DNA from: Malacoraja senta
Lineage: Eukaryota
Direction: 5' to 3'
NCBI GenBank assembly: GCA_038087875.1
Contig: CM075999.1
Coordinates: 4,094,001-4,158,000, forward strand
Length of the DNA: 64,000 nucleotides
The position numbers were made by a program, and so were the translations under genes. The notes beneath the pieces are model-generated. The model searched no databases. It worked only from the letters and a program-made list of their open reading frames with translations, and was not told the DNA's origin. Each line of letters opens with the position of its first letter. Positions within the stretch are counted from its first letter, which is position 1. Below, in pieces: positions 46,960-59,789 of this stretch.

Positions 46960-47500
46960 GAAACATAGAAACATAGTGGCAGGAGTAGGCCATTCGGCCC
47001 TTCGAGCCAGCACTGCCATTCAATGTGGTCATGGCTGATCATCTAATATCAGTACCCCGTTCCTGCTTTCACCCCATATCCCTTGATTCCTTTAGGCCTA
47101 ACATTTTTCCTGCATCTAGCCTGTACAATCCTTTAAGAATTTTAGATGTTTCTATAACAATCCCTCTCATCCTTCTAAATTCCAGTGAATACAAGCCCAG
47201 TCGATCCATTCTTTCATCATATGTCAGTCCCGCCATCCAGGGAATTAACCTGGTGAACCTACGCTGCGCTCCCTCAATAGCAATAAAGTTCTTCCTCAAA
47301 TTAGGAGACCAAAATTGCACACAATACTCCAGGTGCAGTCTCACCTGGGCCCTGTAGAACTGCAATAGGACCTTCTTGCTCCTATACTCAAATCCTGTTT
47401 CAATGAAGGCCAACATGCCAATAGCTTTCTTCACTGCCTGCTGTCCTTGCATGCTTACTTTCAGTGACTGATGTACAAGGACCAGACCCAGGTCTCGTTG
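46960..47500 (-). mobile_element. CR1 3' fragment
   Basis: ORF 47069-47521 ([14 protein letters not shown]...) plus CR1 3'UTR. Confidence 0.8.
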
Positions 47501-48554
47501 TGGAAGAAAGTGGCAGAACATAGAGCTGGTGTGAGTGGGTCATCAATGGTCAGCATGGACTCGGTGGGCCGAAGGGTCTTTTTCCGTGCTCTGTCTCTGA
47601 ACTAAACTATCCATCAGTCTGAAGAAGGGCCTCGACCCGAAACGTTGCCTATTTCCTTCGCTCCATAGATGCTGCTGCACCCGCTGAGTTTCTCCAGCAT
47701 TTTTGTGTACCTATCCATTTTCCTCTCTGTGCACATATGCCAGCACAGCCTGGATCACATGGAACGTCATTCAGTGCAATCCCCAGTGTGAAGAGAATGG
47801 AAAGTAAAACAGATACAGAAAGTAAAAGGGGAACCTGCGGCTGATCTGGAAAACTTCTCATTTTTACCCCGGGCATTCCCTCTTCTCCTGTCATGACATT
47901 CACAATCTAACAACCGGGTGCTCCAGTTTCCTCCCACATCCCAAAGATGTGCAGGTTTGACTTGTGTAAATTGTACATGATCCTGAGTGTGTAGGATAGT
48001 GTATGGGTGATCGCTGGTTGGTGTGGACTTGGTGGGCAGAAGGACCTGTTTCCACGTTGTATCTCTAAATTAGATAAACTAAGCTAATATGACTCAGTCT
48101 CCCATTCCAATAACAATAGCTTCAGGGACTGCTGCCGGGTTGCTCATTCCACAGCTGCACGAGAGAGTGCCAAGCTGACCAATTAAGATGAACAATTAAT
48201 TCATTAGCATTTATAAAGCAGGAAAGGCTGTAGAGTTGCCTGCTTTATGAGGTGTGGAACTGTAGATCACAGGCAGATTTACGCAGTGCTTCAGGATGGG
48301 AATCTGCTATTGTGTAGAAAATGCAGAATTAAATAGCAGGAACCAAAACAATTTGTTGAAGGAACGCAACAGGTCAGGATGCACCTTTGGAGGGAACTGA
48401 ACAGATGATATGTGCAGGAAGGAACTGCAGATGCTGGTTTAAACCGAAGATAGACGCAAAATGTTGGAGTATCTCAGAGTATAGGCGGCATCTCTGGAAA
48501 GAAGGAATGGGTGACGTTTCGGGTCGAGACCCTTCTTCACACTGATGCATAGTT

Positions 48555-48862
48555 TTATTTAGTTTAGAGATACAGCACAAAGACAGGCCCTTCGGCCCAC
48601 CGAGTCCGCACTGACCAGTGATCCCCGCACACTAACACTATCCTACACACACTGGGGACAATTTACAATTATACCAAAGCCAATTAACCTACGAACCTGT
48701 ACGTTTTTGGAGTGTGGGAGGAAACCAAGATCTCGGAGAAAACCCACGTGGTCACGGGGAGAACGTACAAACTCCGTAGAGACAGCACCCGTAGTCAGGA
48801 TCGAACCTGGGTCCCTGGCGCTGTAAAGCAGCAACTCTACTGCTGTGCCACTGTGCCACCCT
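48555..48862 (-). mobile_element. HE1-like tRNA SINE
   Basis: Full-length reverse-complement copy of 58926-59232. Confidence 0.8.
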
Positions 48863-50603
48863 GTGTCTGACCATTCCCTCCACAGACATTGCCTGACTCG
48901 CTGAGTTCCTCCAGCTGTTTTTTTTTCCTCAAGGTTCCAGCATCTGCAGTTCCTTGTGTCTTCAGTAAATTGCAGCAGTTTGCTTCCAAGCAGAAGAGCA
49001 TTGTGCCATGGGGAGAGACATCAAGTCCAAAGTACCGCAGCTCCTGAAACATTCCTTAGTTAAGTCTATCTGTACACTGTGAATGGCTCGATTGTAATCA
49101 TGTGTTGTCTTTCTGCTGAGTGGTTAGCACGCAACAAAAGCTTTTCACTGTACCTCGCTATAAGTGACTATAAACTAAACTGAACTGAAATGAGAAGTTG
49201 GAAAGGATGGGGAAGAGAATCACCGACCGGGATGTTACAGGTTGTATAGGCTGGAAGGGCTTACAATGCAGAGGGGTGGACAAGATCATGAGGGACGTGG
49301 ATAAAGTGAATGTTCACAGTCCTTTCCCCGTGGTAGAGAATTCTAAAACTAGAGGCTGCAGGCTTAAGGTGAGAGGGGAGAGATTTAAGAGGGACCTCGG
49401 AGGCAACTTTTTCAATTGGAGGTGAAAGCTCATGAGGTCAGGGGGAGAACAGGCTAACTCCATACAGACAGCAGCCATAGTCCAGATCGAACACAGGTCT
49501 CTGATGCTGTAAGGCAGCAACTCTACCGCTGTGCCACTCTGAAATATATTGTTTTTATACTTACCATTAAGTGAATCAGGAAAATCTAATGCAAGTTTGA
49601 TGTGCTCCTGTGTTGTAGTGGAACTGGTTTGCTTTCATTTGTCCTCTTGGCAAACAAGTTGGTTTAATTCATTATATTCATAATAGGTTGCTCCAGAGTT
49701 CCCAGCTGCCACGGGCAGTGATGTTGAGAAACTTCGTGCTCACCATTATTCATACATTCATAAGCTCTAGGAGCAGAATTAGGCCATTTGGCCCATCGAG
49801 TTAACTCCACTATTTAATCATGGCTGATCTATCTCTCCCTCTCAACCCCATTCTCCTGCCTTCTCCCCAAATCCCCTGACACCCATACTAATCAAGAATC
49901 TGTCAACCTCTGCCCTAAAAATATCCATTGACTTGCCCTCCACAGCCGCCTGTGGCAATGAATTCCACTGATTTACCACCCTCTGAGTAAAAAAATTCCT
50001 CATCTCCTTTCGAGAGGAACGTCCTTTAATTCTGAGGCTGTGCCCTCTGGTCCTAGACTATCCTAGTGAAGGAGGTCCTACTGCAGTTGTACAGGGCCCT
50101 GGTGAGACCGCACCTGGAGTATTGTTGAAGGCAGGCACGGGGTACTGATTGGGGATGATCAGCCATGTTCATATTGAATGGTGGTGCTGGCTCGAAGGGC
50201 CGAATGGCCTACTCCTGCACCTATTGTCTATTGTCTATAGCGGAAACATCCTCTATCCTGGCCACCCCCTGCACACGGCCATTGGGTGGAGATGGAGAAC
50301 TGACCCATGGCTCTGGCTCATTGGGTGGTTGGACTCAGCGGGAGAGTGATGCAGTGGGGAGAGAGGGCAAAGCGATTCCTCACAGACCCTGCCTTCTCCA
50401 AGGACCTCGTGTCCTTTTCTGCTTCCAAATTATAAATATCTTCTGCAACAATAACGCTCTGTGTGTTGTCAGAGTTTAGCGTGAGAAAAGTGAGTAAAAT
50501 GTTTCAAGGGATAGATTGGCCCAGCTTGTAGTTCCTGGTGCAGTAAAACCAAAGGGCAGGGCTGGAGATAGGAAGGAACTCGGCTGGGATTGTCCAAGAC
50601 TTT

Positions 50604-51465
50604 GATAGAAACATAGAAAAATAGGTGCAGGTGTAGGCCATTCGGCCCTTCGAGCCAGCACTGCCATTCAATATGATCATGGCTGATCATCCAGAATCAG
50701 TACCCCGTTCCTGCTTTTTCTCCATATCCCTTGATTCCTTCAGCCCTAAATCTAAATCTCTCTTGAAAACATCCAGTGAATTGGCCTCCACTGCCTTCTG
50801 TGGCAGAGAATTCCACAGATTCACAACTCTCTGGGTGAAGTTTTTTTCCTCATCTCAGTACTAAATGGCCAATGCCTTATTCTGAAACTGTGACCCCTGG
50901 TTCTGGACTCTCCCAACATCGGGAACATTTTCCCTGCATCTAGCCTGTCCAATCCCTTAAGAATTTTATATGTTTCTATAAGATCTTCTCTCATCCTTCT
51001 AAATTCCAGTGAATACAAGCCCAGTCGATCCATTCTTTCATCATATGACAGTCCCGCCATCCCGGGAATTAACCTGGTGAACCTACGCTGCACTCCCTCA
51101 ATAGTAATAATGTCCTTCCTCAAATTAGGAGACCAAAATTGCACACAATACTCCAGGTGCAGTCTCACCAGGGCCCTGTACAACTGCAGTAGGACCTCCT
51201 TGCTCCTAAACTCAAATCATCTCGCAATGAAGGCCAACATGCCATTAGCTTTCTTCACTGCCTGCTGTACCTGCATGCTTACTTTCAGTGACTGATGTAC
51301 AAGCACACCCAGGTCTCGTTGCACCTCCCCTTTTCCACATCCGGCACCATTCAGATAATAATCTACCTTCCTGTTCTTGCCACCAAAGTGGATAACCTCA
51401 CATTTATTCACATTATACTCCAACTGCCATGGATCCGCCCACTCACCCAACCTGTCCAAGTCACC
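50604..51465 (-). mobile_element. CR1 3' fragment
   Basis: ORFs 50821-51183 and 51217-51516 encode the CR1 ORF2 C-terminus; (TTTCTATG) tail at 50604-50620. Further small CR1 pieces lie at 49750-50240. Confidence 0.85.
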
Positions 51466-52069
51466 TCTGGAGACCACACCTGGAGACACTCTTGTCTGAT
51501 CTTGCTTCCACTCCAAGGACTGGCTTGTAGCTGTTTCTTTATTCCATAGTTAGAGGAGTGGAAATGTTGGGAGTTGCAGACACATCGGCCTTGTACGAGG
51601 AGCCACAACAACCTTGTCTGAACCTAACAAGAAGCCCAGGAAATAGTAGCGGCATATTGGTCATTCCCTCCCCTACACCATAACCCTTCCCCGGCCCGAC
51701 CTCTACCTGTTACTCCCCGTGTACATGGTGTTGGTGAGATCGTTACTGCTCTCTGGAGTCGGGGCAGGTGATGGGGACTTATACTGGACAATACTGGTCA
51801 TTGGATGGATGAGCTGAACTCATGGCGATGCAAGTTTCTCACCGGAGATATAGATCTGTGCGGTCCACCCTGAAGCTGGGCAGTTGGCAGCTCCAGTCTC
51901 AATAAAGGTTCAGCCATTTGCAACTCCCGAGAGAAGATGCCTCCGCACACAGCAGCCCATCAATTGATGGAATCCTCACCCCTTGAGAACGTCCGGGCTG
52001 AGATAGATTGACCTTTAACTCTAGGGGAAACACGGAGTCAGAGGGGAGGTGTGGAAGCTGCAGGAGGTG

Positions 52070-52256
52070 TGACCCGCTGAGTTACTCCAGCGCTCTGTGA
52101 AACGTCACCTATCCATGTTCCCCACAGATGCTGCCTGACCCGCTGAGTTACTCCAGCACTCTGTGAAACGTCACCTATCCATGTTCTCCACAGATGCTGC
52201 CTGACCTGCTGAGTTACTCCAGCACTCTGTGAAACGTCACCTATCCATGTTCTCCA
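52070..52256. repeat. 66-bp tandem array (about 3 units), opposite orientation to the other two arrays
   Basis: GAAACGTC recurs at 52099, 52165 and 52231. Confidence 0.85.
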
Positions 52257-52394
52257 GACTCCAGCATCTGCAGCTGCGTGTGTCTGGACAAGTATGAGGG
52301 TGGGATTTTGAGGGATGCTTGTTGCCTCCAGTGAAGGACCGGTCCCGCTCCCTTCTCTGTACCTGGGCCTGAGAGACCGCTGTTGCTGGATTTA

Positions 52395-52698
52395 TTTAGA
52401 CTTTAGTGATACAGGGCAGAAACAGGCCCTTCGGCCCACCGGGTCCGTGCCGACCAGCGATCCCCGTACACCAGCATTCTCCAACACACTAAAGACAATT
52501 TACCATTTTTACCGAAGCTAATTAACCTACAGACCTGTATTCTGAAGTGTGGGAGGAAACTGGAGCACCTGGAGAAAACCCACGCAGGTCACAGGGAGAA
52601 CGTACAAACTCCATACAGACAGCACCCGTAGTCAGGATCAAACCCGGGTTTCTGGCGCTGTGAGGCAGCAACTCTACCGCTGCGCCACCGTGCCGCCC
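52395..52698 (-). mobile_element. HE1-like tRNA SINE
   Basis: Full-length copy; head gggcggcacggtggcgcagcggtagagttgctgcc on the minus strand. Confidence 0.8.
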
Positions 52699-52907
52699 TT
52701 TGTCTGTAGACCACACTGTTGCTGCTTTCACTCTGGGTTGCAAAGGGTTAAGTATCTGATCTGTTTTATCTATGTTCCCTTTATCAGAATTATCTGCGTG
52801 GCCGGGATTCTCCCCAACTATTTGTTGTCAAATCTCCAGCATTCCACTGATTGCTGCAGCAGTGGAATATTTGTAAAATGCCAAGTATGTACACAGTGTT
52901 GTTCCCT

Positions 52908-53262
52908 GCAACTGTACACAGGTCCTACACAGTGGCTGTACACGCACCCTACACAGCAACTGTACACACACCCTACACAACAACTGTACACAGGTCCTAC
53001 ACAGTGGCTGTACACGCACCCTACACAGTGGCTGTACACACACCCTACACAGTGGCTGTACACGCACCCTACACAACAACTGTACACACACCCTACACAA
53101 CTGTACACACACCCTACACAACTGCACACACACCCTACACAGTGGCTGCACACACACCCTACACAACTGTACACACACCCTACACAACTGTACACACACC
53201 CTACACAACAACTGCACACACACCCTACACAACTGCACACACACCCTACACAGTGGCTCACA
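52908..53262. repeat. 21/24-bp minisatellite
   Basis: ctgtacacacaccctacacaa(caa)/(cagtgg) units. Confidence 0.9.
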
Positions 53263-53856
53263 CACGATTCATTCAGGGACTGGAGATCTAGGTGAATGGT
53301 GTTCTTACTGTCATTGATGATATTTAATCCACTATTAGAGGCCCCGGACTGGCCAATAGAGGTCATAAGTGATAGGAGCAGAATGAGGCCATTCGGCCCA
53401 TCAAGTCTACCTACCATCATTCAATCATGGCTGATCTATCTCTCCCTCTCAACCCCATTCTCCTGCCTTCTCCCCGTAACCGCTGACACCCGCACTATTC
53501 AAGAGCAGAGACCAACACGTACGATCCACGCTGGGATTCCACGCAGCTCTAGTTGAAGATTGAGAGATCGGGAACTGAGGGTGAGATGCTGGGGGGATGG
53601 GGAGCATGGGTGGGAGGGGGAAAGATGGGGGGGGGGCAAGAGGGGGGAATAACAGGTAATGTGTGACTGGGGATGGGAGATGAGTGCAGGGAGTGTCAGC
53701 AAGGTTCTGTGTTCTGATGTTGATTTGAGAGTTTATTATCATCCCGTGTACCGAGGTACAGTGAAAAGCTTTTGTTGCGCGCTAACCAGTTAGTGGAATG
53801 ACAATACATGATTACAATCCAGCCATTTACAGTGTACACAACATACACGTTACACC

Positions 53857-54089
53857 AGGGTTATGTCCGCGCCCGGGCGGCACGTGAGCGGGACTACACG
53901 CTGTTCACGAGCACCGTGTGGGGTGGAAGTCGTCCTCAATATGGATGGGGATATCGGTGTACAGCAGATAATATTTAGTATATTTGTTTGACGTATTATG
54001 GTGCTGGGTTTTGTGTTGTTTTATATGGTACTGTAAAAATTATTGTCAATAACTGATGAAATCATTTTTTGAAAAAAAAAAACAAAAAA
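53857..54089 (+). mobile_element. Tx1/L1-like LINE 3' end with poly(A) tail
   Basis: GYVRARAARERDY remnant resembling Tx1-clade ORF2 ends, a T-rich 3'UTR and an A-rich tail at 54072-54089. Confidence 0.5.
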
Positions 54090-54880
54090 CAGTGTACACA
54101 TACACGTTACAGTGTACACATACATGTTACAGTGTACACATACATGTTACAGTGTACACCTACATGTTACAGTGTACACATACATGTTACAGTGTACACA
54201 TACACGTCACAGTGTACACATACATGATACAGTGTGCACATACATGTCACAGTGTACACATACATGATACAGTGTACACATACACGTCACAGTGTGCACA
54301 TGCATGATACGGTGTGCACATACATGTTACGGTGTACACATACATGATACAGTGCACATGCATGTTACAGTGTACACATACATGATACAGTGTACACATA
54401 CACGTTACAGTGTACACATACATGATACAGTGTGCACATACATGTTACAGTGTACACATACACATTACAGTGTACACATGCATGATACAGTGTACACATA
54501 TGTGTTACAGTGTACACATGCATGATACAGTGTACACATATGTGTTACAGTGTACACATACACATCACAGTGTACACATACATGACAGTGTGCACATACA
54601 TGTTACAGTGTACACATACATGATACAGTGTGCACATACATGATACAGTGTACACATACATGATACAGTGTGCACATACATGATACAGTGTACACATATG
54701 TGTTACAGTGTACACATATATGATACAGTGTACACATACATGTTACAGTGTACACATACATGTCACAGTGTACACATGCATGATACAGTGTGCACATACG
54801 TGTTACAGTGTACACATACATGATACAGTGTGCACATGCATGTTACAGTGTACACATACATGATACCGTGTACAGATACA
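54089..54880. repeat. 20-bp minisatellite, about 40 copies
   Basis: Unit acagtgtacacatacatg(a/t)t. Confidence 0.95.
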
Positions 54881-56172
54881 GTGCACAGCGGTCCATAAAC
54901 CAGCATGCTTTTTGTGCCTGACCTGTGTTTCAGAAAGGAGATGAGGAGGAATCTCTTTAGCCGAAGGGCTGCGAATGCCACTGAGTCTGTGCAGCCAAGT
55001 AAATTGGTTCATTTTAAGGTGGAGATTGACAGATTCTTGATTAGAAGTTGAGTTGAGTTTATTGTCACGTGTACCGAGGTACAGTGGAAAACTTTTGTTG
55101 CGGGCTAACCAGTCAGCGGAAAGACAATACCTGATTACAATTGATCCATTTACAGTGTACAGATGATACATGATGAGGGATTAAGGTTTAGTGCAAGATA
55201 AAGTCGGCAAAGTCCGATCAGTTCAGGACCGCTCTCTAGTTCCCGGCATCAGGCTCTCCCACGGGGCCCCAGGAGAGGGAAGCTGCCGAGCGCGGTCCCC
55301 TGCTGGCCCCGGAAACCGGGAACAGGACAGGAGGTAGAGGGATTGGTTGACGGACGCTGGACAAAGGCCGGTGGGAAGAAGGTCGGCTGCAGGAGGTCAG
55401 CCTGAGGCAGGAAGGCTGAAGGTGGCTGGGCGAGGGGCTTGAGTGGCGAATGTTGCTGTCTGGCTGGGCCAAGCGCCTGTCCCCAGGCTGTGTGGGCTTG
55501 TGATCATTAACACAAACCATCACACCTTACGGCACCAGCTTCCCTGTGGCTGGTTGGAGCAGAGCCGGCTGCAGCACAGAGGCACCAACTTCACCAACTT
55601 CACCAACTTCACCAATAACTCTTCCAGGAGCTTCCTGCAGTACAGAACACCAGTGCTGCACTAACTGCATCGTCTGGAAGGATGTTGTGAGGATGTGGCA
55701 GGGGCTATCACAATGTGCGTCTTTCTTCAGGAAGGACGAGGAAATTGCTGTCAAGGTTCATGGCCATGTACACAGTGACCTCCCACAGTGTACATGTGTG
55801 CGTGTGTGAACAGTGACCCCTTCCACAGTACACGCATGTGCATGTACGCAGTGACTTAACGCAATGCACACGTGTGTGCGTGTTTGGGCATGTAGAGGGG
55901 CGCCGCGTGTGTATGGCGTGCGTGAGGAATGTCACAGACCGGGCTGCCAATGCAGGAATGCAGGCGTTCGGGTGAATAATTCACATTCCGTTTCTATCTG
56001 TGTTTAGAGGATTGACTTCCATCCGTGCATTTTTTCTGAGAAAGTCATAAATCAGTGGCTGTGAGTCACACGCTTGGAGGAGGTTTGGTCCAGATCTGGA
56101 GAACAAGACTATCAGGGGAGATAAAGTGATTGGCTTCACGCCCAGAGTTGTGAGCCCCATTAGTGTCCTGGA

Positions 56173-56669
56173 CACAGAGTCCTGGAGTAACTCAGCGGGC
56201 CAGGCAGCATCTGTGGAGAACATGGATGGGTGACGTTTCACAGAGTGCTGGAGTAACTCAGCGGGTCAGGCAGCATCTCTAGAGAACGTGGATAGGTGAC
56301 GTTTCACAGAGTGCTGGAGTAACTCAGCGGGTCAGGCAGCATCTGTGGAGAACATGGATAGGTGACGTTTCACAAAATGCTGGAGTAACTCAGCGGGTCA
56401 GGCAGCATCTGTGGAGAACATGGATAGGTGACGTTTCACAAAATGCTGGAGTAACTTAGCGGGTCAGGCAGCATCTGTGGAGAACATGGATAGGTGACGT
56501 TTCACAAAATGCTGGAGTAACTCAGCGGGTCAGCAGCATCTGTGGAGAACATGGATAGGTGACGTTTCACAGAGTGCTGGAGTAACTCAGCGGGTCAGGC
56601 AGCATCTGTGGAGAACATGGATAGGTGACGTTTCACAGAGTGCTGGAGTAACTCAGCGGGTCAGGCAGC
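56173..56669. repeat. 66-bp tandem array (about 7.5 units)
   Basis: Same unit and junction (cgtttc|acaragtgctgg) as 24875-25098; period 66 (56240, 56306, ...). Confidence 0.9.
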
Positions 56670-57139
56670 AAAGCCGCCACAGCCAGACATAAAAACAACT
56701 TATTTTCACGAGTAGTAGGTCTACTCAATAACCAAACGTCAGCAGCCTCATTTTGAGCTGTTTTTTTTAAATTTCATTCACATGTTTAACCTGTAATGAT
56801 TTATTATTAATGTTTAATGTTTTATGTGTCATTCTTAATTGTTACTCTATGTCGTGTTGTTACTTGGGAGCGGAGCACCAAAGCAAATTCCTTGTATGTG
56901 AATACTTGGCCAATAAACGTATTCATTATTCCTTCATCTCTGGAGAACATGGCGAGGTGACGTATCGCACAGTCCTTGCATGCTGTGGATCTGCATAAAG
57001 AGCCAGAGTGAGGAGAGGTGGGGTCAGTGTTTAACACCATGCATTGACATGTGGCATGTGGAGCAACAGTCCCACTCCAGGGCCCTCGATGTGGATGGGT
57101 GACGTTTCATTCTTAATGAAACTCTGTCTACAGTTGGTG

Positions 57140-57141
<2 letters not shown>

Positions 57142-57189
<48 letters not shown>

Positions 57190-57381
57190 CGGTGTGTGGG
57201 TGTGGGTGTGGGTGTGTGCGCGCGCGGTATGTGTGTGTGTGTGGGTGTGTGGGTGTGTGTGTGTGTGTGTGTGCGAGCGGTGTGTGTGTGTGTGTGTGCG
57301 AGCGGTGTGTGTGTGTGTGTGTGTGCGCGCGCGGTGTGTGTGGGTGTGTGTGTGTGTGTGTGTGTGCGTGCGTGGTGTGTT

Positions 57382-57415
<34 letters not shown>

Positions 57416-57431
57416 GTGTGTGTGTGTGTGT

Positions 57432-57462
<31 letters not shown>

Positions 57463-57463
57463 C

Positions 57464-57494
<31 letters not shown>

Positions 57495-57612
57495 TGTGTG
57501 TGCGAGCGGTGTGTGTGTGTGTGTGGGTGTGGGTGTGTGCGCGCGCGGTATGTGTGTGTGTGTGTGTGTGTGTGTGCGAGCGGTGTGTGTGTGTGTGTGG
57601 GTGTGTGCGAGC

Positions 57613-57678
<66 letters not shown>

Positions 57679-57690
57679 CGGTGTGTGTGG

Positions 57691-57747
<57 letters not shown>

Positions 57748-57804
57748 TGTGTGCGTGCGTGCGTGCGCGCGCGGTGTGTGGTGTGGGTGTGTGTGTGTGT
57801 GTGT

Positions 57805-57852
<48 letters not shown>

Positions 57853-57945
57853 CGTGCGTGCGGTGCGTGCGTGTGCGTGCGTGCGTGTGTGTGCGTGCGT
57901 GTGTGGGTGTGTGTGTGGGTGTGTGTGTGTGTGTGCGTGCGTGTG
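57142..57945. repeat. Long compound (GT)n/(GCGT)n microsatellite
   Basis: About 800 bp of alternating purine-pyrimidine sequence punctuated by gcgagcg and gcgcgcg. Confidence 0.95.
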
Positions 57946-58925
57946 GGGCTGCAACTCACTAATGGTTCGGAGGCAGCAGGTTACCTCCACTGCCCCCCCC
58001 CCCCCCCTCTCCTCTGGGGGGGTGGGGGGTGGGGGGGCAGGAGTCTCTGCGCCCCGTGTGGGGTGTTGCCCCTGGGATGGGGCCCCGCAGACAGTCTCCG
58101 CCCCCCAGGACAGCAGTGTGGGGCCCTCTGGTCTGCAGGACCGGCAGAGGCTCAGCTCCATGTTCACACTACACCACTACAATGATTCCTCTCACACACC
58201 TCCTGTTCCCCACACTTCACACTTCACAAGTTATAGTAGAATTAGGCCATTCGGCCCATCCACGCCATTCAATCATGGCTTATCTCTGCTCTTAAACCCA
58301 TTTTCCTGCCTTCACAAGGCCTTCAATAGTTGTACAGCATCACGGGATAGTCGGGGACAGGATAGCACGGAAACAGGCCCTTCGGCCCAGCGTCCATGCC
58401 AACCCATATGCCCCATCTAAGCTAGTTCTATTCGCCCGTGTCTGGCCCATATCTAAACCTGTCCTATCCATGTACCTGTCCAAGTGTCTTTTAGATGTTA
58501 TAGTCCCTGCCTCCACTACGTCCTCTGGCAGTTCGTTCCACACAGAGCTTGGGTAAGGTCCAGGTTCAGACATCGTTCACTCTACGTACAATACATGCTG
58601 CTTTTGAACAGTTTTAAGCTGCAGGAATCTGTCACTAATCAATAAATCAGCTCTGTTACAGTTTCCTTTTGTATCTCCGTCAATACATGTGGCAGCTGGA
58701 GATTGGATGTCATGCCTGAAGAAGGGTTCTCGACCCGAAACCTCACCCATTCCTTCTCTCCAGAGATGCTGCCTGACTGGCTGAGTGACTCCAGCATTTA
58801 GTGTTTACCTTCGGTTTGATGTTATTGTCAGTCTGGTCATCGATTCCATTTAGAATCTGCGTAGCAGAGTTGGATGTTGAGTTTATTGTCACCTGTACCG
58901 AGATACACTGAAAAGCTTTAGATTT

Positions 58926-59232
58926 GGGCAGCAGGGTGGTGCAGCGGTAGAGTTGCTGCCTCACAGCACCAGAGACCCGGGTTCCATCCTGACTACGGGT
59001 GCTGTCTGTACGGAGTTTGTACGTTCTCCCCGTGACCTGCGTGGGTTTTCTCCGGGTGCTCCGGTTTCCTCCCACACTCCAAAGACGTACAGGTTGGTCG
59101 GTTAATTGGCTTCTGTAAAATTGTAAATTGTCCCTAGTGTGTGTAGGATAGTGTTAGTGTGCGGGGGTCGCTGAAAAAGTGCAGACTCGCTGGGCTGAAG
59201 GGACTGTTTCCGCGCTGTATCTCTACACTAAA
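58926..59232 (+). mobile_element. HE1-like tRNA SINE, full length
   Basis: A-box-like TGGTGCAGCGG, B-box-like GGTTCCATCC, central gtgggttttctccgggtgctccggtttcctcccaca domain and CR1-like tail gaagggactgtttccgcgctgtatctcta. Confidence 0.8.
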
Positions 59233-59789
59233 TGTGTGCTGAACAGTCAGGGGAAAGCCAATACATGATTGTGTACAGAGTGAACAGAGACAGGATAAAT
59301 GGGATTCATGTATAGTGCTAGATAAAGTCCCAATACAGTCCAATGAATATTATAGCTCAGACAAGGCCTGTAGTAAATAGCACGGACTGCACAGTAAATT
59401 CACCCGTTAACGCCGCCACTTGTTACACAGTGCTGCAGTAATCACTGCCGATGTAAAGCCAGCCAATGTCAGAGCCTCAGCTCAGAGCCAGATAAACAGG
59501 CAGAACAGTCTGATGCCTCTTGCTGACCATTTTAACCCCTTTGTTCCATCACAAGATCAATTGGCCCTGTTCTGTGAGTAAATGCTCTCAAACCATGATC
59601 TCATCTCCGTGCAATGAAACTCTGCCTCAAACCAGGGAAAGTTGTGGAGACGGCTGTATCATTCCTGGGAGAGGAATTAGTGGAATGTTAGTTGGACACA
59701 GGTGGCTGCAGGAACTCCTGTGAAGAATTCCTGTTCCACGGCTCCATCCCGATCCACACCAGGAATGCTGGTCTGTGAGGAACACTGGC

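Noticed and set aside
48207..48255. miRNA precursor call for the hairpin
   Set aside because: The stem is too short and I recognise no matching mature miRNA; kept only as a low-interest finding.
52549..54981. Repetitive ORFs (LYTHPTQ, YSCVGCV, VTVYTYM)
   Set aside because: Translations of the 21/24-bp and 20-bp minisatellites.
55236..55760. GC-rich stretch with short ORFs as a possible exon of a further gene
   Set aside because: No recognisable protein similarity or coherent splice structure by eye; unannotated small exons in 38-64 kb cannot be excluded without RNA data.
57024..58420. Long Cys-Val and His-Thr ORFs
   Set aside because: Translations of a (GT)n microsatellite; the same applies to 61501-62943 and 8869-9164.
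58926..58995. tRNA gene
   Set aside because: The A/B boxes belong to the head of a multi-copy SINE; no complete cloverleaf.
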